A stretch of DNA of 64,000 nt from the human T2T-CHM13v2.0 reference genome, Homo sapiens: assembly GCF_009914755.1 (NCBI RefSeq), contig NC_060944.1; one strand, 5' to 3'. The notes under the pieces were generated by a model. The model saw only the letters and a program-made list of their open reading frames with translations. It had not been told where the DNA came from and searched no databases. Shown here one piece after another: positions 1 through 14,075 of this stretch. Position numbers and translations under genes: made by a program. Position 1 is the stretch's first letter. Every line of letters begins with the position of its first letter.

Positions 1-80
1 GGAAGGGCATGTGAGGTGTTCGTTGTGAGACGTACAATGGTACAGTCCTTCTGAGGAAGGGCATGTGAGGTGTTCGTTGT
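1..80. repeat. End of a 54-bp-period tandem repeat in the last PCMTD2 intron (truncated by window edge)
   Basis: GGAAGGGCATGTGAGGTGTTCGTTGT occurs at 1 and again at 55. Confidence 0.8.
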
Positions 81-1096
81 CTGTGGTAGACCTGGGTCTG
101 TGGGAGGCTCAGGATTCTGGTCCGGACTGGAGTAGAACCTGGGGAGCTATTGGCTGGCCTCTGTTATTTAAAGCCACAGAATGGATGTAAAACCAAGGAC
201 TAGCAGTCATACTGAGACGGTGAAATGGTGGAAATTGGAACCTTAGGGAGCAGCACTGGGCTGGATGGAAGAGGAAGAGCCTGCAAGAGAAAAGAGCTGC
301 GGAGGTCAGAGGGAGCGGCTGTGCCTTGGGCCAGGGGAGCAGTGAGCCACGTTCCTTATCCCAAGCAGACTCCTTGGAGATCTGGAGAGGCCGGAGCTGA
401 GGGCCGGGACCCCGAGGGCCTCGGAAGGAGTTGTTTCAGCCTCTTGGGGCAACAGCCAGATCCCAGTGGCTCTGGAAGTAATCTGTCTAGATGTGAGATG
501 ATGAAGGAAGGAAGGATGGCTGTACTTGAGGAGGGAGCCGGGTCACAGATGGGGCAAGAGGCACGATCGTGGTGTTGAGTGAAGAGAAAGGACTGAAGAC
601 AAAGGAAGTGCCGGAGCCTGTCCTGGAGAAAGGAGAAGGGACCTCTTGTCTGTGGAGTCAGAAAAGCAGGAAAGGTTGAAGGGAGAAGGTGCTACTTACT
701 CACTACCAGGGGCCTGGGACACAAGCCTGTTTGAGGGTTTCTGAAGAACAGTGGAGATGCTGAGATTCTGTGCAGGCCTTTCTGACTTTGGTAATAAACG
801 TTGTGCACAACACAAGAGCTCTCCCTATAGTGCAGACTGTTATTATTTGGAGAAGTTGAGTACTGGAGGGGAAAAGTGATGCTGATTTTCAGTTTAATGT
901 AATTTTCCCTTTGAGAAATGTTGCCTGCATGAAATCGTGAGCTTTAATTGTCAAATGTTCTTTCTCCTTGGTGTGCTTTGGAGTTTTTGTTTTTCCTGAA
1001 AAATGTTTGGATTTGCATTTCCCTACTTTAATAAAAATGGAGCAAATGTTCATTGTGTAAATAACTATGAAAATATTAACAGATAAAAGAATATTA

Positions 1097-1388
1097 GGCC
1101 GGGCACAGTGGCTCACGCCTCTAATCCCAGCGCTTTGGGAGGCTGAGGTGGGCGGATCACTTGATGTTAGGAGTTTGAGACCATCCTGGCCAACGTGGTT
1201 GAAACCCCGTCTCTACTAAAAATACAAAAATTAGCTGGGCGTGGTGGCGCATGCCTGTAATCCCAGCTACTGGGGAGGTTGAGGCGGGAGGATCACTTGA
1301 ACCCAGGAGACGGAGGTTGCAGTAAGTCGAGATCACACCCTTGCACCCCAGCCTGGGTGACAGAGTAAGACTCTGTCTCCAAAAAAAG
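1097..1388 (+). mobile_element. Alu (AluS-like), full length
   Basis: GGCCGGGCACAGTGGCTCACGCC start, TACTAAAAATACAAAAATTAGC linker, short A tail; AAAAGAAT(A/G)TT flanks resemble a TSD. Confidence 0.95.
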
Positions 1389-1722
1389 AATGTTGGAGAC
1401 ATATTCACTGTATTACTAGTAGGTGGGTATTAATATACACATGAACACAGCAAATAATAGAATAATGAAACTGGGCTGTGTCAGGAAGACAAATTGTGAC
1501 CCAGGTGTTGATTCCACCACTGATTAATATAGCCAAGCAATATTGCTTCCTTTCCCTTTCAAAGTTAAGAATTGATGCATTTGGAAATATCTTTTGAAAA
1601 GTACCATATGATTGTAAATTAGAGCACTAATTGACATTTGCTTAGCATGCTCTCATATTCTTGTAACATATTCATAAATTTGCCAGTTAATTGAAATGAT
1701 GCTACGGGTCTTAGGTGTGTAG

Positions 1723-2160
<438 letters not shown>

Positions 2161-4790
2161 GTCTCCTGTTTGAAAGGGGGAAATAGGAAGAGCAGATTGC
2201 TGAGTGTGAAGTTCGTGCTGCCTGTGTGCTGTTGAAGGGTCACCTGGAGGCAGACGTTGTGGGGAAGGGAACTGCTGGGCTCATCCACACCATGGTTTTC
2301 TTCTAGTTCCTGATTGACCTCTAAAATTCTATTCAGTTGTATGATTTGTTTACATAGTTCCACAAGACCTTCATTGCATAGAAGATTGTTTTCCCAAAGT
2401 GGAGAGAATCTTCATAGAGAAAAAGAGAAGGCTGTTTCTTTTTCGGCTCTGACGAAACACTGAAGTCTGCGTAAGAGAGACTGTTTGATGACCGTCCCTC
2501 ATGCAACATGCACGGTACTCACTAAAAATGAAAACTGAAGTGGAAACTAACCTGTGTTGCTTATAAAGTGTGAAAGCACAAGCTTATAAATGTATAAAAT
2601 CTTTTCTGGGTGTGACGCACCTGCGTCCAAGTTTGAATTTTTATGATATGTACCACTTAATTACTGGCACTGAGTATCACTGAATTTCTTAGTTTTCTAG
2701 TGGGGAAACATTATTGAGAAGCCCTCCCTTATTTTAAGTAAGTTGATTAAATCTTATGTGAGTTGCCAGTTGTAATTTTTCAAAGGAAAAATTTTGATGG
2801 GGTGGAGGAATGAATTGCCAGATAATCTTTCTGGAATTCCGAGAGAATTCCAAAGAGGGTTTTTTTTTTTTTTTTTAGGACATCTTTTGATACCTTTAAA
2901 AGAACCACTGTCAAGTAATCCTTAAAAGAATATCTTGGAAAAGGAAACAGATTTTTTCCTGTGTGTAAGCAATAAGTGAAGTTACATTTGCCCTAACCCT
3001 AGGGATGATTCTTTACCCAGTTTTAAAGCCCATCATGGTATTCTAAGGTGTTGACACCCTCCATCCTCAGAGCAGGTCGAAAATATTAAATAGACTGGGG
3101 ACTCTATGATGGGCAGCCTGTGCTTTTTGACTTCAGTTTGCTATTTTTCTGTGATCACATTAGTACTGATTCATAGATTCTATCTTTTATAATTCTGGAG
3201 AAAAAGATTTGTTAGTTTTGTAATTTTTTTGTAAGACCAAATGTATGTATTTTAGTAGCTCCATTGCATGAGAAGAGTGTAACTCACACTGACTTGTGAT
3301 ATCAGCCTTCTCTGGGCCTTGTGTGTGGAGAGCTTTCTATCTTACCAAGTGGTAGGGCTAAAAGAACAACAGCCTTTTTGGTAGTCACATAGCAGAATGA
3401 TCAGAGTTACATTGCTTATTCCAAAACATTGGTTCTTTTTAAAACATTTTTTTTTACCCAAAGAAAAGAATAATAGAAATTACTAACAATAAATATAAAT
3501 TCAGAGTGTTGATATAGGATTCAGTATCCAGAGTTTATTTTTAATCTTAATCCTCAGCTTCTTGGGAGTTGCTGGGCTTCAGTGTCTCTGTGGTTTCACC
3601 AGCTTAGCTTGAGCTCTGGTTATTTTGGATCTTTTCTGCTTTTTTTAAGTAACTGAGTCATTTTTACCACACAGTCCAGTTTGCATGTATAGCTAGGAAA
3701 CATGTATTGCTCTAGATTGGGCAGTTTAAGTCATTTTAAAGAAAGTTAGTTCATAGTTGTTGCCTTTTAACTCATAGTCAAGCTTCAGTCTTTCAAAGAG
3801 AAATGTGTGATTTTCATTTACTTGCTGATATTTTGTAGTTTGGAGATCCTTGTGGGCATTATTCTAACTGATACGTAGACACTTACTTGGAAATTTTTGG
3901 ACATTATATTAAATGAGTGCTATCTGTGAAATTGGTTATATTAGGTGGCTTGACTAATGTTTTTTCTATAATTGTATATGGACTGCATTTTTAAAAAAAC
4001 CGCATTTGCCTTTATGCTAGATTGTAAAAAATTATATTAGAATGCATAAGACATGTTTTTCCTTCATATGCTAGACTTTTCCTAGCATTTCGTATTTCTG
4101 TGTTGTCAGTGTGTGATTTTTAAACCGGAATTTGGTTTAAAAAAAATCTGGTGGTAATATATGTGAGAAATACTTTGGTGTTTACCTTATGAAAATAAAG
4201 GATTGTAAGTAAAGTTTCCTGCGCACCTTATACCAGAATTCAGTATAATACACTACTTTCTGTTTTCAAACAGATAAATCATAATATAGTCTGTATTATC
4301 TGTAAGATCTGTCTTGTAAACCACATTCTTGACAACTATTTGCTTTTGAGTAGTTTGTATTTTAATATGTGACTTTTGTCTTGAAAAGTAGTAAAGCCAT
4401 AGACTTGTGCAAAACAAGTTTCAAGTTTATAGATATTAAGTTTGTAATGTGAGCATCAAATGTGTATGTAAAAATACTTTTTACCAGTCTGGAACTTGGG
4501 AAAATCCAGGGAATTTGAAACATAGATTTTAATGAGCTGGTAAACACAAATCATGTCAATAAAGGTAGTCAGGATATTTTATCCTTAGCATTGCTTCTGC
4601 ATCCTGTGTAGGATTCCAATTCTTGAATATGTTCTTTTCAAAATCTTAAGAAAAGAACCTTTTTTCTTTATTAACATCATGTGTTTACTTTCAGCAAATA
4701 TTTGTATTACTGCTTGATTCTGTGACAGTCACAATAGATGTAGAGAAGGCATTATTTTTCATTAATAAATGTGAAATTGGAATGGACAAA
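2161..4790 (+). other. PCMTD2: PCMTD2 3' UTR with candidate poly(A) signals
   Basis: AT-rich, repeat-poor sequence after the stop; AATAAA at 3488, 4194, 4558 and 4764; true end not determinable from sequence. Confidence 0.75.
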
Positions 4791-5115
4791 TGGAGAAGTG
4801 GCTGGCTCCAAGTACATAAGAGAATAGGGCCTTGAAGATTGCGGTTAACGTTTTTGGCATAATTTTCCCACATTCAACTTTCTAAGGGGCAGAAAATATT
4901 TTTTTTTCATTCTCAGTTATCTGTTCAGAGCACAGATGTTATTTAGATCTTGAAATTCTGGGACCAGTCTCCCAAAGAGCTTATGTTTTCTCTTTTATTG
5001 TATGTGCTTGTTGGGATATTTTTTACATTCTGCCTTCCAATTTTTTATTTTGGCAGTTATATATTTTAAGATAATTTCATGCTCTCTTTACTGATCTCTG
5101 AATTTTCCTTCCTGC

Positions 5116-5663
5116 TGTATTCGTCAGGGTTCTGTAGAGGGACAGGACTAATAGGATAGATATATATATATGAAAGGGAGTTTATTAAGGAGTATTGACT
5201 CACAGGATCGCAAGGTGAAGTCCCACAGTAGGGCATCTGCAACCTGAGAAGCAAGGAAGCCAGTCCGAGTCCCAAAACCTCAAAAGTAGGGAAGCTGACA
5301 GTGCAGCCTTCAGTTTGTGACTGAAGGCCCAAGAACCCCTTTCAAACCACTGGTGTCAATCCAAGAGTGCAAAAGCTGAAGAACTGGGAGTCCTGTGTTC
5401 GAGGGCCGGAAGCAAAGCATGGGAGAAAGATAGAGGCCGGAAGACTCAGCCAGTCCAGTCCTTCCGTGTTCCTCTGCCTGCTTTTATCCTAGTCGAGCTG
5501 GCAGCTGAATAGATGGTGCCCACCCAGACTGAGGGTGGGTGTGCCTCTCCCAGTCCACTGACTCAAATGTTAATCTCCTTTGGCAACACCCACACAGACA
5601 CACCCAGGAATGATACTTTGCATCCTTCAAGCCAATCAAGTTGACACAGTACTAATCATCACA
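5116..5663 (-). mobile_element. MLT2A-type (HERV-L) solo LTR
   Basis: Reverse complement begins TGTGATGATTAGTACTGTGTCAACTTGATTGGCTTGAAGGATGCAAAG and ends ...AATACA; exact 5-bp TSD CCTGC at 5111-5115 and 5664-5668. Confidence 0.9.
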
Positions 5664-6234
5664 CCTGCATATACTGTTATTTTCTGTGGTTGCAGTACTA
5701 TAGACTTTTCTGAGGATCCTAATTAGAATTTTTAAAAATTTTACTTCATCGGAGGTGGGAACGTGGATTCTGGCCCTTCCTTGAACAAAGAAGGAAACGG
5801 CCAGAAAGAGGAAGGGATGTGGGGACTTACTCCTCTAGAGGTGATTTATCAGTTTGATCATGTTGATCTTTCATTTCTTGCTGTATCTCTTTTTTTTTTT
5901 CTTTTTTAACTGTTGTTGGAGACTCACGTTTGCCTGTCTGTAATTACAAACCAGGCTGGAGTAGGGACAGTCATTGGCCAACCTCATAGTGGGATGAGGA
6001 GAGCTGGTCTTCAAGCCAGGGGCCTGGACATATGAAGGGTAATGGTCTCTGGGAATCAGTGAGCCTCCTTGATCCGTCTGCAGAAACCCCTTCCTTCTGG
6101 TTCCCTGCTGCTGCTGGGCATCAGGATGCTCTCCCACCATTCGAGCTCCTTGCAAACCTCATCCTAACCCTAACCCTGCTGTGCCCCAGCTCTCTGTCAG
6201 ATGCCCGTCACCAGGGGCTCCACTTGCAACCTGA

Positions 6235-6363
6235 CTCTGAACAACTGTGGACCTTGTGCTTATGTCTTTCCCTTCTCTTTCTCTTGGAGACAGAGATGCT
6301 CTGAACAACTGTGGACCTTGTGCTTATGTCTTTTCCCTTCTCTTTCTCTTGGAGACAGAGATG
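6235..6363. repeat. 64-bp tandem duplication
   Basis: CTCTGAACAACTGTGGACCTTGTGCTTATGTC...GGAGACAGAGATG at 6235 and 6299. Confidence 0.95.
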
Positions 6364-6453
6364 TAACCCATTGCTCCACTATGTTGGAACCAGAATGTCC
6401 AAATTAGCACTTGAGGTTCTGCATGAAAGAGGAAATAGCAGAAAGCGGGGATA

Positions 6454-6777
6454 GAGTCATAGACCACACGGGCAGGACGTCCCTTTGACCTAGGAGGGCC
6501 CTGGGCAGCTGGGCACTGGGTGGTTAGAGCAGGGGTGGAGTCATAGACCACACGGGCAGGACGTCCCTTTGACCTAGGAGGGCCCTGGGCAGCTGGGCAC
6601 TGGGTGGTTAGAGCAGGGGTGGAGTCAGACCACACGGGCAGGACGTCCCTTTGATCTAGGAGGGCTCTGGGCAGCTGGGCACTGGGTGGTTAGAGCAGGG
6701 GTGGAGTCATAGACCACACGGGCAGGGCATCCCTTTGATCTAGGAGGGCCCTGGGCAGCTGGGCACTGGGTGGTTAG
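6454..6777. repeat. GC-rich minisatellite, 84-bp unit, ~3.9 copies
   Basis: GAGTCATAGACCACACGGGCAGGACGTCCCTTTGACCTAGGAGGGCCC... units start at 6454, 6538, 6622 (2-bp deletion) and 6704. Confidence 0.95.
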
Positions 6778-7764
6778 GTGGTTGTTCTGATGGTCAAGAG
6801 GGAGAACAGCATGAGCCCTGCCCCAGGCCTGTTGTTCTGTGTCAGAGATCAGGGCTGTCTTAATGCCCCATATCCCCCACCTGGCCAGCTCCCCCAGACT
6901 CAGAGGGCAGCAGCAGTAACTACTGTGCCTTGATCCGCTAAGGTGGTGGGGGCCACCCCTCTGCCATCCCAGGAAACACGCAGAGCCTGGGCCATCCCAG
7001 CCCTTGCCGGTAGCCTTTCCTGTGACCAGCAGGGCCCAGAGACTGTGTGAGGAGGTGCTTGGGTGGTAGCTGGTCACAGGCAGAGGCACGGGCTACATGA
7101 GGACCTCCAGGGGGTGTTGCTCACTCCTATCAGGTAGCAGGGTCACTCCTGAAAGTTCTAGAACCATGACTTAGCCAGCTGCATCATGTCCATTTTGGGG
7201 AAAATAAAATCTCTGGAGCTGACCCTTGGCTGGGACTGGACCTCCCAAGAAGTGGCACCTATGCAATGGTTAGAGGTCTGGTCCAGATGGAGGCTGAAGG
7301 CTCCTCCTCACCCACTCCACTTGGCACCTGTGGGGAGGGGCCACTGCCCTCAGCATCCTCTTCCCACAGCACTGCCACCCCTCCGCCCCAACACTTCCTC
7401 CTGTCCCCTTTCTGGCCTTATCCCTGGCCTCTCTGAGAAGAGGGATGTGATCCCACGGCCTGCCCTCACCTCCTTAAAGGGCCAGCCTGGGCCCAGTGGA
7501 CACAGTTGAGACACCATCTTGTGCCTCTTCCTGTGCCTTCCTGAGGCACCTTTCCTAGAGATTAAAGGGACATAACGGCTGTTCCAAAGTGTTGATAGCT
7601 GGAGGAGGAGCCCGGGGAGATGTGAGGCACGGGGTTTGGGCAGCCCTGGGTTTTCCAGGCTCCAGTGACAGCAGGATGGAGGCTCAGGGTCAGCTCTGGG
7701 TACAGTGGGGTGGAGACTCAGGGAACATCTTCAGGGAGGCCACCTCCACCCCATCCCTCCTGGT

Positions 7765-8115
7765 CCACAGAGATCTGTTGTCTCGAAGTTCTGAAGTCCA
7801 GAGTCTGGAATGAGGGTGTTGGCAGGGCCGGCCCTAGGGAGGCATCTGTTCCAGGGCCTTTCTCCAGCTTCTGGTAGTTTCTTTGCTTGTGACAGCAAAG
7901 CTCCAGTCTTCACAAACCTTCTTCCCTGTGCGTGTTTCTGTGTCCACATTCCCCTTTTGATAAGGACATAATCATCATGAATGAAGCATGGCCCTAATGA
8001 CTTCCGAACTTCATCATTTGCAAAGACCCTATTTCCATATAATGCCATACTTGTAGGTACTGGGTGTTAGGGCTTCAACATATGAATTGTTAGGGATGGA
8101 ACTCAACCTATAACC
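7765..8115 (-). mobile_element. MLT1A-type MaLR LTR
   Basis: Typical motifs TTCTCCAGCTTCTGGT, CATTTGCAAAGACCCTATTTCC, GGTACTGGGTGTTAGGGCTTCAACATATGAAT. Confidence 0.75.
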
Positions 8116-9349
8116 TTGTCCCTGCCTCTGCCAGTGATCTCCACATTCCTGCTGGCCCCAAAGGCACCATGGCCCCTTCCAGGGTGCCCCAGGCAGATCA
8201 CGGGAGGGCCTGACTGCTGGGGATGGGGCTGGTGCTGGGATCCTCTGCCCAGTGAGGGCTGGGATGAGACTATTATGGGGTTGGGGGTGCTGAAGTTTTG
8301 AAGGCAGGGTAAAACAGAGGCTGAGTCCCTCTCTGGACCCCAGGCTCCAGGGAACACCTCTCCTGGGAGTTCCCATGCTCCCTGTGGCCTGGGCAAAAAA
8401 AAAAAAAAAAAGTACTTGCAGTCCGAGGCCCCCCAAAGGCAAAAGCCTTCTGGCTCCGATAAGCATCCTCCCCACCCTGTGTGCCTTTCGAGCCCCTGAG
8501 GTTTGTGGGGAGTCTCAGAGGTTTTGTGGGGAGCCTCAGACCAGATCCTGGTCAGCAGGGTTGAGGCAGGCCTGAGAATGTATCTTTAGCATCCAGAGAT
8601 TGGGAGGGTGTGGACGGAAGCAAGGTTCAGGCATCCTCAGCTCTAACTAAGTATCAAATACTAGTGTGAATCCACTTCCTGGAGCTGGCCTCTGGGGAGC
8701 CTTGGGTTGGTGTACATAAACAGGGTCTGCCTGATTCATCAGGTTTCTCATGGGGCCTGGACCACCTCATGATCACAAAAGTGACCGCACAGCTTCAATG
8801 CCTCTCCTGTGTGGGCTGGACACACGTTCATCTGACTCACAAACTTTCCCTGGGTGGCACCTGGAGCCCTGGCTCTGGGCTGGAACCTGAGTGTGAAGCC
8901 ACTGGAGGCTGTGGGATTGCAGGTCAGGTGAGTCACTCAGCCACCTGAGCCTGGCCCTCCGCTCTGCACAGGGGACTAGCTATAGATAGCAGGGAGTTCA
9001 CCTGAGCAAGACACCAGCACACGTTGGTGCTCAGAAAACTCTGATTTCCTTTTATTGAGATGGGACAACCCTTGGAGACCATGTGTCAAGGTCTGGATTA
9101 CAGTAGGACAAGGTTCAAAGGGCCCTGTGAGCCCTGAGGTGTTGCTGATCCCTGGGTGTCTGTGAAGGCGAGAGAAGGTGACCTGGATCTGGAATGAGGA
9201 AACGGCCATGGGTTTAGGAGCTGGCAGACATGTGTCCAGAATGTGGTTGGCCAGGCCTAGACAGCGCTGGGCTGTGGAGGGCCTTGAACCCCAGGCTAAG
9301 GGAGCATGTGGGAAGAGGGCTCACCCTGGTGAGGGAATGCTGGGGTGGG

Positions 9350-10570
<1,221 letters not shown>

Positions 10571-10675
10571 GCCACTGTCAGATTCTCAGTTCTCAAGCAT
10601 CCAAAATGATTAACAAAATGACAATTTCTAGGGCTTCTGTGGGAGAGTATGGAAGGTCTTTTTGAACTTTTTAAT

Positions 10676-11665
<990 letters not shown>

Positions 11666-11696
11666 ATGCTAATGGGAATGAGCAGTCTATCTTCAT

Positions 11697-11840
11697 GGCA
11701 GCTGAATTTGCAAGAAACTTCGTGGATGGGGTTAACGGCAGCTGTATTTTCTGGGCGCTCCATGGATGGGGTTAACGGCAGCTGAATTTGCAAGGAACTC
11801 CGTGGATGGGGTTAATGGCAGCTGTATTTTCTGGGAGCTG
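11697..11840. repeat. 40-bp subunit / 80-bp higher-order tandem repeat (ABAB)
   Basis: GGCAGCTG at 11697, 11737, 11777 and 11817, alternately followed by AATTTGCAAG and TATTTTCTGGG, linked by TGGATGGGGTTAA. Confidence 0.9.
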
Positions 11841-12679
11841 TGCTTTAATTGGATAAAGTAAGTTCTGGTAAGATTTCTTCCTTCATCTTCGGTATCTCAA
11901 ATGTTTTCATTTAAATAATCTTTATAATAACTCTTGATGTCTGAGGGGGTTCCCACACAGTCATCTATTGTAAGACTTTCTGATTCCTTTTTTTCCTTTG
12001 GTCATTATGAATAGGGCTTCTGTACATAATTGCATGGTAGCTTTTGTTTGGAAATCACATCAAAGTGGTTGTCAAAATACTTAGGAATGTCGTTTTTGGA
12101 TTGTAAGGTGAGACTTATTTAGCTTTGGAAAAAACTGCCCAACTTGTAATAGGTGAGGAAAAATAATTTTCTCTCTATCTTTTCAGAATTCTTAGATTGG
12201 ACCCTCTGTAACAAATGACAGATTAAAATGAGAAAAATGTAGAAAAGTTTAAAAACATGTATACCTTATGGATACATGGGCGATACTCAGGGAAAAATGA
12301 GTAAATCTCCAGCAGGTGGTTTTCAATTCAAGTGTAAATACTATCTTCAACTTGAAGATTTGAGGCACAGTAGTGGGGAGTTAACCAGCAAAACCACATT
12401 AGACAAGAGTAACGTTTGTTATGCAGACTGAAGTCCATGCATCCTCCATTGATAAGACTCTAGTGATTTAGTTATCCTTCTCTTCTTGGTGCCGAGAGAG
12501 AGGTAGCTTTTAAATGGGGATTTCCTTTATAGATGTAAATTTTCCTTACAGAAGGGTAACTTCTACTCTGGTTTTGGAACTTCCTTTGTTAGCATTTTTT
12601 TTCAAAATAATCATCTTGGAATAATTCTTATGCCAAAGGGACATATTTTGGGGTGGCATATTCTGGTCTTATACACTGT

Positions 12680-13230
12680 CTTCCACCAGCAATGAAAAGA
12701 GTTATTGTCTTTCTTGCAGCAATTTGTGATTTTTTTAGAGTTTAGCAGTTCTAATAGATATAGACCAGCTGTGCTATCTCCTGGTTTTCAGTTCTGTAGT
12801 ATGTTGAGCATCTTTTTGTATGTTTACTTGCCATCTGTAGATCTTCTTTGGTGAGGTGTCTGTTCAGATCTGTGTGCATTTTTAATTGTGCTGTTTAACT
12901 TGTTTAGTTTTAAGAATTTTTTATATATTTTGAATACAAATTCTTTCTCAGATCTGTATTTTGCAAATATTTTCTTCAATATGTGGCTTGTCTTTTTGTT
13001 CTCTTAAGAAGGTCTCTTCCAGAGTATAAACTTTAAAGATTAAGAAATCCACATTGTCATTTCTTCTGTGTATATCAACCTTTTGTGTCATTTGTTAAAA
13101 TTCATTACCAAATCCAAAGGCACATAGCTTTTCTTCTATAGTTTCTTCTAGAAATTGTATAGTTTTGCATTTTTAGTGTAAGGATGATTTTGAGTGGTTA
13201 TTTGTGCAAGTTGTAAAGTTTTCATCTACA
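12680..13230 (-). mobile_element. Old L1M fragment
   Basis: Antisense ORF2 3' motifs: GTTGAGCATCTTTT, TTGCCATCTGTAGATCTTCTTTGGTGAGGTGTCTGTTCAGATC, TTTGCAAATATTTTCT. Confidence 0.75.
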
Positions 13231-13303
13231 TGCATATCACTTCTTATGGTTTCCAATTAATCATTCCCTCACTATTTTTGGAAAGACACAGGATAGTGGG
13301 CTC

Positions 13304-14075
13304 TGTTAGAGTTTATATATAGCTAGACATGAACAGGAGGGGAGCTCCTAGAAAAGGGAAAGTCTGGGAAGGCTCACCTGGAGGGACCACCAAAAATTCA
13401 CATATTAGTAGCATCTCTAGTGCTGGAGTGCATGGGCACTTGTCAATTGTGAGTAGGAGGGAGAAGAGGTACCTATGCAGAAAGAAACACCCTAGAACTC
13501 CTCTTAAGATGCCCCAATCATCATTCACTCTGCAATAAAAATGTCAGAATATTGCTAGCTACATGCTGATAAGAAGGACAAAGGGGACATTCTTAAGAGA
13601 AACCTGGCACCATAAGTGCAGATTAGGGCAAAGAAGGACATTCAAAAGAGATAGGCAGGCACACTAGGTACAAACGTGACCGCTGTCAGCCTGCCTGGGA
13701 TGGTGGGAAGGAGGCTGGTGCCAGAGTGGATTCGGATTGATACCACACATGTACCTCAACCAACAGTGAGGAGGTCCCACAAGCCTAAGTGTGGCAAGTC
13801 GGGGACCTAAGGCAGTAGCAGGAAAACCAGACAAAGAGAACAGGTGGAGACTTGAGACAGAGACAGGAATGTGAAGAAGTCCAAAATAAAATTCCCTGCA
13901 CAGGACTCCTAGGATGTTTTCATGCACGATCAGCCCACTCCTCCCTATTTTTCTACAATGAGCTCTTTACACTGTATTTCTTTTCAATGAAGTTGTCTGC
14001 CATTTTTGTACTGCCTCTTGGTGAAAATCTTTCTTCCAAGTTAGACAAGAACTGGGACATCAGCTCTCCCTAGTA
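13304..14075 (+). mobile_element. LTR typical of the TAR1-proximal subtelomeric block (LTR60-like)
   Basis: Starts TGTTAGAG; LTR-like 3' part CTTGGTGAAAATCTTTCTTCCAAGTTAGACAAGAACTGGG; abuts TAR1; family name from memory. Confidence 0.55.

Noticed and set aside
6163-6177. Short CCTAACCCTAACCCT telomere-like motif (also CCCTAACCCT at 2991)
   Set aside because: Only about two units; compatible with chance
6324-7089. Minus-strand ORFs with 28-aa repeats
   Set aside because: By-product of the 84-bp minisatellite; frameshifted, with non-ATG starts and no recognisable domain
11697-11840. CRISPR-like repeat-spacer appearance
   Set aside because: Spacers alternate ABAB rather than being unique, the context is primate DNA, and there are no cas genes
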